From Chlorokybus atmophyticus (lineage: Eukaryota > Plantae > Mesostigma and Chlorokybus algae), in contig RHPI01000733.1 in NCBI GenBank assembly GCA_009103225.1, positions 40,523-104,522 on the forward strand: a stretch of DNA of 64,000 nt, written 5' to 3'. The notes under the pieces were generated by a model. It worked only from the letters and a program-made list of their open reading frames with translations. It had not been told where the DNA came from and did no database searches. A program made the position numbers and the translations under genes. Within the stretch, counting starts at the first letter, position 1; each line of letters opens with the position of its first letter. Shown in pieces: positions 25,801 to 35,299 of the stretch.

Positions 25801-26727
25801 TTATTTGCCACAGTCTTCTGATGTGCTATGATGCAGACATGGCACATCGCTTTCTTGCAACAGGGTGTCTCCCCATCCGCTGGGGGGGGGTGGCTCTTCG
25901 ATGCGACAAATTAGCACACATGGTGCACGCGGGTGTGCAAGCTGCCTCTGCCACCAAACTCTCTTATTGCGTCGCAGGCGTAGCGACTCCCATCTGAATG
26001 GCGCAGCATAACGCTCCACTGCCTGCACGATCACCTGACGCCCATCTGCCGCCATACACCACCTGCTGGTCTTGGTGGTCTCGTCTAGCATGCGTTCATC
26101 CAGGCCCTTGACATGGCTGTCGTCACTCGTGTACTCCCCCGCATCGTCATTTTCTTCGAGCTTCCACAGAATCAGCTCGACGTGCCGTATGACATACAGC
26201 CACTGCCAGCCAAAGCATGCCAAGTACAGCTCGAATGGTTTTACTTGCCACCCAGTATGTTTGCTCAGGTAGTGGCACACATCTCGACCCGCATTAGTCG
26301 ACATCGACAGGTACATCTGCTGCAGCAGGTCGAAGTTCTGCTCCGCAGATAGCTCTTGCACATTGCCGGGGTGCTGCGTCAGCAACAACACCATCATATC
26401 GAGGACGGCGAGGGGCAACAACGTACTACGGATGGCCATTTCGTGTATGGGTTCCAACCACGGCCAATCCCCAGAAGTCTGTTTAGACCGCATTCTCCGC
26501 GTTTGCTCCCACTTATTGCAAACTTTCGTCACCCACCTCGAGGCATGCCGCATGCGGTGATGCAGCGCGTCTTGGGCGTACTGTAGGGTGATCAACTCCT
26601 TTGCACTACGAGTTAGCCCCCCAAAGCGTCTGCGCGTCGGTGCTTTGAGCTTAGGCAGCTCGTGCCGCACCGGCTGTCTCTCTGGACGATGCTGAGCAGC
26701 CACTAGCCTTTGGCCGTGACGTGGCAA
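25801..26727 (-). CDS. Transposon cargo ORF-B, unknown function (up to 308 aa)
   Basis: Long open non-repetitive ORF with protein-like composition; no family recognised; start uncertain. Confidence 0.5.
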   Translation of the reverse strand: MPRHGQRLVAAQHRPERQPVRHELPKLKAPTRRRFGGLTRSAKELITLQYAQDALHHRMRHASRWVTKVCNKWEQTRRMRSKQTSGDWPWLEPIHEMAIRSTLLPLAVLDMMVLLLTQHPGNVQELSAEQNFDLLQQMYLSMSTNAGRDVCHYLSKHTGWQVKPFELYLACFGWQWLYVIRHVELILWKLEENDDAGEYTSDDSHVKGLDERMLDETTKTSRWCMAADGRQVIVQAVERYAAPFRWESLRLRRNKRVWWQRQLAHPRAPCVLICRIEEPPPPSGWGDTLLQESDVPCLHHSTSEDCGK

Positions 26728-26740
26728 CCTCGGCCGTCAG

Positions 26741-28011
26741 CAACCCTTCCCCAAGCAAGTGGAAGATTGGCAACGAGGTAAGCACTGTGTGACACTGTGA
26801 CACTGTGTGTATGTGTGTAACGGATTGTTCTTCTGTCAAATCATAAATGGCCACTGGGTAGAGAGCCACATTTATCCCAAGGAGGACACTATTCGTAACG
26901 TCATGTGTCAGGTGCTGTGAATGCTTCATGACCGCACTGCACCGTGACACTGACCAACCTGCCCGTGACAGGTAGTTGGCTTCGACCATGACGACGAGGC
27001 CGATGCGGCCAAGTTCTATGAGGTGTACTGGACTCCCAAGGAGTGCCCCTTCCACTGGAGTGTCGCCCTGAAGAAAGCTACGCAGGTCCGGTCTGAGAAC
27101 GCTACCAAGATCAAGCATGTCCTTGAGAAGGAGTACAAGTGGACACTGTTTAACAGCAACAAGCGCAAGTGAGTTGGGTCCCTCACCACCATGTCTGCTA
27201 TGCAACACCGCCTTCTTACTTAGCCTCCATACACACGTACTCATCTCGCCTATTGTAACCGATTCAATCAGGCACATCGATGCCCTAATGGACCCCGAGA
27301 CCCAAAAAGCCCAGATGCGCAACGCGCTCCAAAGTAAGTCACATGCACTATTCTAGCCTGGTGCAGGCTCAACTTGAACTATCTATTTCGTGACTAATGC
27401 CTTGTCGGTATGACTGTCGCAGACAAGTCATGGCGGAGATTTGAGGTGACCGACACTGCAGACCCGGAGCGGAGGAGATACATCCATGAATGGGGCAATC
27501 CCATAATCTGGCAAATGATCGTGCAATGCTGGTCTTACGCCGTCACTACACCTGGTCGCCGGCAGCTGACAGTCAACCACCTCGCACACCTGTTGCTTAC
27601 GGTGAGCACTCTGAACTCCATCATTAGCAATTCAGGAATGCTGTAGCCCCAAACTTCAGGCTTGCATACGCGTTGCAGTGAATAGTGGCTTTCGATGCCA
27701 CTAAGACATGCCTGTAAACTGCGCAGGTGGAGCGCATCCTAAAGGGCAAGGATGGAGACCCTCTCCTAGCTGCCAGCATAAACACACATGAAGAGTACCT
27801 CAGCGAAATCAACACCATGATCATGTCAATGAAGCGGGAGATGAGGCAACGGTACGCAGCCCTCCAGCCATTCACCCTTGTGAAACGCCGCACTGCATCT
27901 TGTGTCGAATACCTGAAAGAGTCCAATCGGCGCCGGCCGCAAGAGAAAGCAGCTCGTGACCCGCTCGCTGAGGCAGAAGCGGCATTTGATTGGCTGGCAC
28001 AACCGTTTTAG
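26741..28011 (+). CDS. Transposon cargo ORF-C, multi-exon, unknown function
   Basis: Phase-consistent GT-AG exons ..-26777, 26862-26911, 26972-27168, 27272-27333, 27423-27601 and 27727-28011 give an open protein (ESHIYPKEDTIRNVMCQVVGFDHDDEADAAKFYEVYW...EWGNPIIWQMIVQCW...AFDWLAQPF*). The 5' end is unresolved. Confidence 0.6.
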
Positions 28012-28494
28012 GAGGAAGAGCAAGCTCCGGCGTCTCCTCCACAGGCCCCAGCGCGTGGTGCTTTGTTTCGTAATGACGAGACCAGCGATGATGGAGAGGA
28101 GCTGTAGCGCAGTTGGTAGTCCGTTTATCTGGTAGTGTACATAGCTACAAGGCTCTTGTGACTGAGTGTTGTGCATCTTAAACCAGCTCAGTCAATCGTC
28201 ATTATGCTCATGCACATCAATACTTGCATCCCTATGATATACAACAGAACTGCATTCGAGTCACATAATCGACCTACAAGCCTTGGCAAGTGACTGAGAG
28301 ACACTGTACACATTTCAGGTACATGTACACAGCACAGGCACATAGCAATGCTGGACGTCAGTGACAGTCGCGTGTAGTCAAGCTATGCAAATACATATGA
28401 CGACAGTTAGGCATTGGTCACCTTCAGTTGTTAAAGAATGCCTTATTTTGTCGATAATTACCTAGTTGGTGCTTGTGAATTAGGCTTAGTCGCC

Positions 28495-28790
28495 TGCGCT
28501 GGACTGGTGTGTAACCTGCAGGTGCCTGTCACATAGGCTGAGTCACCTAAGTAAGACTGATGTGTAGCTTACAGGTGCCCGTTGGTTAGTTGTAGTCACC
28601 TAATAAGGCCTGATGTGTAACTAACAGTTGCCTGTAAATTACATAAAGTCATTTGTTAAGGCCTGGTGTGTGACTAACAGGTGCCTGTTAATTATATAAA
28701 GTCACCTGTTAAGGCCTGATAGGTAACTATCAGGCGCCTGTTAGTTAGGCATAGTCAACTGTTAAAGACTAGATTGTAACAAAAAAGGCC
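28495..28790 (+). repeat. Subterminal tandem array, 53-bp period, about 5.5 diverged copies
   Basis: CAGGTGCC-like core recurs at 28519, 28572, 28625, 28678 and 28731. Confidence 0.85.
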
Positions 28791-28930
28791 TTACAGTAAC
28801 GAAAGTTACTATTAGGTCCCTGTATCAAGATTACAGGTGGCCTGAGCCACGACAGTCTCAATTAGCGTCCTCAGGTGCACGGCCGTTGCCAATATTTAGT
28901 CGGCCGGCAGGGAAAACATATTGCGACGTA

Positions 28931-31470
28931 CATTGCCCGCCCTCGACGTCATTCAAGCTGTCCCGCGAGATTAGCAAGCTGAGCGCGCATGGGAGACCAT
29001 CATGCGTGGAGTAGATCCCACTACCATTGCTGTTGGGCGCGTAAGAGAGCGCACAATACGCGTTGAACGCAGTGACCGAGTCTTTCCTCTACCTGAATAT
29101 CACACCCTGCCAAAACAGACTCAGCGGCAACTGGAGGCTGAAATCCTCGCCGGCACGGCGCCTCCCATGCGAGACCGCGTCTGTATGGTCAGAACACCTA
29201 TTGTACTGAAGTTTGCACTACAGCTGTTCTGAACTCTACATAACAACATACAGACTGCGCCACGCCAGCCCGCATCAGTCCGCCATGAACCTTTTTAGTC
29301 GAGCTCGCCGGACACGTATTGGGACCGGCAACCAAACGCACAGCAGCACATCGCTGATACAGCCAACATGCCTATCGGTGACAATGAAGCACTACGACCC
29401 CTCAGTACCGTTCGGCTTCATGAGCGATACACCGCTCTAGAACAGGCGTTCACCTGGCGACAGGACCAAGCGGCAGCAAGTAATGCAAGATCGCAAGCCC
29501 TTGCCGATGCTCGCGCTGGTGTTCTTTAGTCAATAGACGCTGGCCCATCATTCAGCACGACACCTCTCGTCGGTGAGCCCGACATTGACCAGGCGCGGGC
29601 GCGGGCCTAGCAAACCAGGGGTTTTACCGCCCCGCTGCTACCCGCCTTGTTGGAAGACTTGCCTACCGATCAACGGGATCTAGGGAGAGGCTACTCCACA
29701 CCACAAGGGTGTACACGACGGGATGGAGCAGGCTCAATTGGAGAATAGCAACTTCGCACAGCCCTGTTGCGACAAGCAACCATGCTACATCGATAAGAAG
29801 GCATCGGCCAGAGACGGATGATGGGGATGCGAGAAGGTGGCAATGCAGCTCGAGCAAGACTAGTGACTTGGCTAGTCACCACTCACCCCGCAGTGCCTCT
29901 GTTCGCCTTCGCTACCAGGTTGTTATGGTTGAACGCCTTTTTTCGCTCGCTACGGCAAGCCTATGACGAGGTTGCCTCGGCAGCCACTGACACCTGAGAA
30001 GGAGCTTAAGAGGCCATACTGAGGTTGCCCGGGGTGGAAGCAGCGCAGTAACGCAGACGCATCGCAGCTGCTTATGAGCAGCATGTCCGACAGCCAGAAA
30101 TTAACCTCACTGTGCGGGCACGAGCAACAACGGTGCTAGAAGTGGGGGTGATCAATGGCAGATGGGATGCCTACATTGTAGGGATCCTAAGGGTTCCCAC
30201 CATCACCCATGACATAAGAGCGCGGCTTCTGCGCGCAGTGTATCTCCAACCCATGCCTCAGAATCACCGCTGAAGTGATGTGGTCAATAATCCAACATCC
30301 ACATGGGAAGGTACACTGGTCAGGGATGCAGCTCATGCGGTACGCTGGACTTATGTGGAAAAACAGGCTGCACGAGAGGCGGGCCCACCAACACCCGGTC
30401 CTCCAGGGTTTCCGCAACAGCCGCTGGCTATGCCGCCAGGTATGACCCCGGCCACACAGAGGCGCAATCCCCCTGCGCCACAACCAGGGCAACCACAGGC
30501 AGCACCGCCAGCACCCAGGCCGCAGCGCATATACCAACAGCCAACACAAGGACGGTTCGGGCCAGGCCGCGGTCAAGGAGGTTGTCAAGACCCAGCTGAT
30601 CGAGGGGCGCTTGCCGCACTGCGCTCGACACCATTGGAGGAGACTGCAGCAGCAGTCACCCCACGCACACGCTACCGACGATTCAGGCGGCTGCGCATCC
30701 ACGCCAATGCAGCCATAATCGCCAACCAAGGCAAGCATGTCACTATCAATGGACGAGCACCCAAGCGTGTGATGCTGGACTCTGGAGCTGAGCCTGTCAT
30801 CATCGGACATTACCTCGCACGTGACCTTGGCAGCATGGCACCAGCGCTGAGCTGATGCCATGCTCATACGTGCTCGACACAACAACCGGCAGCCGTGACA
30901 AGGTGATTGGCATCACCAAGCAAGCCCTCTGTATTCGCTTGATTGGGGTGGACCCTTCCCACAGCACCGAGGTCATACAGAAGTGTGTGGTCACCGATGC
31001 AAGATCCATTGACCTGTTGCTGGGACAGGACTTCAACTTCCCTGATGGCATGGGGCTGTACTGAGAAGGCATGGTTTCGTCCTCATTAAGATGAGGAGGA
31101 TGGAGAGGTTCAAGGATATCTGCCTCTCGAGCTGGTGGCTCGCACTCGCTCTCACCGAAGGTCAGCTGCAACAGCCATCTACAGGTCGATGTCGACAACC
31201 ACTGATAGGTCAGCTGCAACAGCCACCCACAGGTGGGTTTCAACAGCCACTAACAGATCAGTTGCGGTGGTCACCCACAACTCGGACCAAGACTCTCCAA
31301 TCCCATACGACGAATCTCAGAAAGATGCCACTGAAGACGTGGCCCACCAGAAACCAGCGGAACGCCGCTGGTGCGCACAGGTGGTCGCACATCTACTATT
31401 GATCAGACTACGGCTCACTTCACGGTTCCCTCTCTACAGGGACCAAGCTGCGGTCCAGGAGCAACACCAG
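28931..31470 (+). pseudogene. Retrotransposon gag 3' part and aspartic protease, degraded
   Basis: Continues the gag frame after the insertion. GKHVTINGRAPKRVMLDSGAEPVIIG and VTDARSIDLLLGQDF are retropepsin-like. Confidence 0.7.
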
Positions 31471-31909
31471 CACACGGATTGACGTTCAAGGACCATGAAT
31501 GGTCGGTGACGCAGGACCGGGATTTCCCCCTGCTAAATGAAATCGGGGGGCCTTGCATGGTCTGTTTTTCATCGACAGTCGGACCATTCATGGTCCGAAT
31601 TTCACGTGAATGGTACCATTGTCCCTTGGTACGCACCACTTAAGGTCCGGCCGATTACTGTTGCGTCAGGACCAGATATGGTCCGGCCATCGGACCAGGG
31701 ACTAAATCATATCATTACAAAACTTCAATCATAACTGGTCCGGCCAGCGGACCATGGACCGAAATTTATTATGGACCAATGTAAATATGAGTGCAAATGC
31801 AGTAAAAGTTGACACATCTTTGTCGGCGGCACCGGCCACGCCCAACCTGCGGCGCACGAGGCCGCGGCCAGCTCCGCGGCGTTAGTGGAATGATTAGTCA
31901 AGAACACAC

Positions 31910-31981
31910 GCATCGGCCGGATTCGAACCCAGCGCCTTTAGCATATCAAAGACGACGCCCTAACCACTAAGCTACAAGTGC
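31910..31981 (-). ncRNA. tRNA-derived sequence (A and B boxes), not a canonical tRNA
   Basis: Minus strand TAGCTTAGTGGTTAGGGCG...GGTTCGAATCC; the anticodon stem does not pair. Confidence 0.4.
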
Positions 31982-32859
31982 ACGTACCGGTAGGGTCGCA
32001 TGGCAACCTACATCATGTAATTTATTGCATGCGCCGACAGCCGCTTGGCGACTGTCGGCCGGCGGCAGTAATTGCCGATGGACAGTCGGAGATTGTGTGT
32101 CGCTTTGATAGGCCCACAGGCTGAGCCTATGCAATTGTAGCATTTATAGGCTGTACCAGTTACATGGACGGTGGTAAACTACATACCGGTAGCCGCGAAC
32201 TCGGCGGTTGTCAATACGCCAGTACAATTTGTAGACTTGTTAGGGGCTGTCATTGTGACAATGCTTAGTGATAGTAGCCAAATTGCGACTGTCAATGCAG
32301 CCAGTGTACCTTATCGGGCTGTCGATGATTCTGTGGTCGCATGAGGCTTTTATAGGCCATTTATGAGGTTATACAAGTAAGGCTATAAGTCATAACATCT
32401 GACATTGCTTGCGCTTTCGTTTCATACACAGTATTAAAACCAATCATACCATAAACTACGCCTAGCAATGCAACATGCGAACAGCATCAACATATGTATT
32501 CATGGTATGATGTTAACGGTTGTGAACATTATGATAATGTAATAACCAACGAACTATATGAAATGCAATTAACACGCGCAATGCATGGATGTAAATTTGA
32601 TATAGTTATTATTTTAGACTATGTAATTGTACAGTAATCATAACACTTTGTACAATCATATTTTTATACATTATTTAAGATGTATATAATTTTACATATG
32701 AAAGGTCTAATGCACATGTGTACGCGCATCAATATACTTACAACAATGTATGTACATGAAATGATAGATATGAAGTAATTGCACGGATGCAAATTGCGGC
32801 CGCAATACGTCAACAATTTTTGCTTGTATACCTTAAGCCTATTCCTACATGCACACACA

Positions 32860-33022
32860 AACACACGTATATTTGTCAACATATATATACATATGCATGT
32901 ATACATATATATATGTATATATATATATGTGTGTGTGTATATATATATATGTATATATATATGTGTGTGTGTATATATACACATATATTTATATGTATAC
33001 ACATATCCATTTATACATATAT
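32860..33022. repeat. (TA)n/(TG)n microsatellite
   Basis: Imperfect TATA/TGTG run inside the CACAC element. Confidence 0.9.
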
Positions 33023-33595
33023 AGGCCACAAGTGGACAGCCGCAACTGGTCGGCGGCTGTCAAGTTAAAATGTACATGGACAGCCGGCTGTCAATATACA
33101 TTGACAGCCGCCGACCATTTGCGACTGTCCACTTTATGGTAAGCGGCGACAGTCGGTGCGGCCTGTCATTTATTAAATGATACACACAATGTACCTATGT
33201 ACTCGTACATGCAATAACGATACTTCAGTCATGGTACACGTGTAGCGCGCCCTGCAGGGCCGCCAACCAGCAACATTGCTGGTCCATGCCGCCCCATACA
33301 TGGTGCGGCACGGACCATGTACGGTGCGCGGCTGCCGGGCCGCTGAGCCGCGGGCCCACTCCTGGTCCGCATCCAGGAACCAGCGTAGAGTACTGGTCCG
33401 TGCCGCACCATACAAGGTGCGGCACGGACCATATGTGGTGCGCGACTGCGCGCCAGGTGTTGGGGCCCCAAAAGGACCATGGACGGTCCGTCCCTCGCGG
33501 ACCAGACACTCGTGGTCCGCGGGGACGGACCATGTATGGCCCGCGGGGTCCGTGGAAGGACCATGCATGGTCCCCGAACGTCAATCCGTGTGCAG

Positions 33596-35060
33596 GTGGC
33601 CACTGGAGTTTCACGTATTCCGTCAACAACAAGGCATCACCGTGTTGAAATCATTTGGAGGTATAGGTAGTGGCCTCGCTGCTGTCCTCAACACCGGCGC
33701 GACGGTCACCAAGTACTTCTACTTCTGTGACCCTGATCCACATGCACAGCTTGCCCTAAGCCACCACCTGCGCCACTGCAAGGCGATTTGAAGGCACTGT
33801 CACAACATCCGTTTAATCACTACGGATCACCTCCTGGCGGTGGGCAACATCGATCTGCTGATAGTAGGATGGGAGTGTCAAGAACACTCCAGAGCAGGCA
33901 GACGTCAAGGACTCGCTGATTCTAGCTCGCGACTACTCTGAGAATTGATGCGTATCATTGAAATTGTCATGGCCCACTCGACCACAAAAGACTTGGTGAT
34001 GTAACGGGAAGGTACATTGAAATTACCACCACTCGACCACAAAAGACTTGGTGCTTTTATGGTCGATTTGTGGTAATTTCAATGTACCTTCCCGTTACAT
34101 TCCCCCCACTTAAGAACGCTGACGTCCCCGGCAGCTGGCGCCCCATCAGCTGGGGAATCATCCCAGGGGTCCAATTTAGGGTCCGTCACCGGCCCCACCA
34201 CCCAAGGACCGGCCAATTTAGGCCCATACCGGTCAACGCGCGCATAGCGCACCGCTGCCGGCCCCACAGGTCACGTCGCCGCGATAGGCAGGTCGCGCTC
34301 TACCGCGCCGTTTCAACTGGTCAGTTCGGCGCGACTGTCATTAGGCAAGTCGCGACCCATCGATGATGGCACTTATACAGTGACCATTTACGATGATTAT
34401 GGGATCGCGAAACAGCGACCACGGAATTCGTGTGCAAGGCAGGAATCGAATCCGGGTCTCAAGCTCCAATGACCAATGTCATGGCCCAGTCGACCACAAA
34501 AGACTTCGTGCTTTTATGGTCGATTTGTGGTAATTTTAATGTACCTTCCCGTTACAACAATTTTGCAGAGCAACCAACTGTGCAGGCCTCCAGGATATAT
34601 CATCGAGAATGTGCACTTCGAGAACGATAAGCGCCATCACGTGTCCAACAACTTTCGACAGGTGTGTTCTTTACTGAAGCACCCTTCCAAAATCAACGCA
34701 GCGCGTCAAAACTCCCGTGCTCATCGCGTTCGCACCAAGTGGACCAACCTGGCTGCCGTTGAGGATCTCTTTGCTGCTGAATATCTGCACAGCAATTGTC
34801 CACGCGATCTCACCGTCGACGCTCCCCACTCTGATGTCTTACCCATAATCATGCGCCTTCCGCAAGCAAGGCGAAGGCATGGTGTTGGATCCCAACACAG
34901 GCCAACTGGAGGAACCCAACGGACGTGAGCGCGAACGCGCCATGGGATTTTCTTCAGGCAGTATCACAAGTTCCACGCTGACCGACAATCAACAATGTCA
35001 ATTCTTGAGATGCGCCATGGACCAGAATAGCATGGTGTGGTTATTGAAAGTATGCTTTGC
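33596..35060 (+). pseudogene. Retrotransposon-borne C5 cytosine methyltransferase domain, split by a TRIM
   Basis: GITVLKSFGGIGSGLAAVL (motif I), IDLLIVGWECQEHSRAG (motif IV), GYIIENV (motif VI), NAARQNSRAHRVRTKWTNL (motif VIII). TGA stops at 33789 and 33939. The 3' end is approximate. Confidence 0.8.
33965..34556 (-). mobile_element. TRIM-like mini LTR element (about 80-bp TG...CA LTRs)
   Basis: LTR 34477-34556 and a rearranged copy at 33965-34099. On the minus strand a PBS-like TTGGTCATTGGAGC follows one LTR and a PPT AGTGGGGGGAA precedes the other. No coding capacity. Confidence 0.7.
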
Positions 35061-35299
35061 TCTCCAGGACCGCCATGTGTTCTTTTAGGAGCTCGAACAC
35101 GTGGCCGGGGGGTGGGCCAATCGCGTGCGAGAGACCAAAGCGGCACACACCACCCTCGAAATCGCCCATATGGAGGAACAGGCAGCAGTCACTGTAGAAG
35201 ACATCCCAGTATTCGCCAACGCTACCTCTTGGTCCCATGCGATTGCACCACTGGCTACAGGCCAGACTCGAAAACAACTTGAGGCTCTCCTCAACAAGT

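Larger units (their letters stand above)
18217..28928. mobile_element. 10.7-kb Plavaka-type DNA transposon with cargo genes
   Basis: Ends TA|CGTCGCAA...TTGCGACG|TA. Removing the element restores the host retroelement reading frame (...ATRAA-T-LPALDVIQAV... running in frame to ATG 29002). Contains a Plavaka transposase and a subterminal 53-bp array. Confidence 0.8.
31471..33592. mobile_element. Non-autonomous TIR DNA transposon (CACAC termini, 3-bp CAG target duplication)
   Basis: CAG|CACACGGATTGACGTTC...GAACGTCAATCCGTGTG|CAG. Dense GGACCA/TGGTCC subterminal motifs at both ends; no transposase. Excision rejoins ...SRSNTRWPLEFHVFRQQQGITVL. Confidence 0.8.

Noticed and set aside
26651-27322. 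223-aa minus-strand ORF
   Set aside because: It is antisense to the phase-consistent plus-strand exons of ORF-C, and the splice signals are on the plus strand.
28495-28790. 53-bp array as a CRISPR array
   Set aside because: Whole units are homologous with no unique spacers, there are no cas genes, and the context is eukaryotic.
31910-31981. Functional tRNA gene
   Set aside because: The anticodon and acceptor stems do not pair properly; kept only as a tRNA-derived sequence.
32025-33175. Further nested element with GACAG/CTGTC motifs inside the CACAC transposon
   Set aside because: The inverted similarity is weak and no boundaries can be defined.
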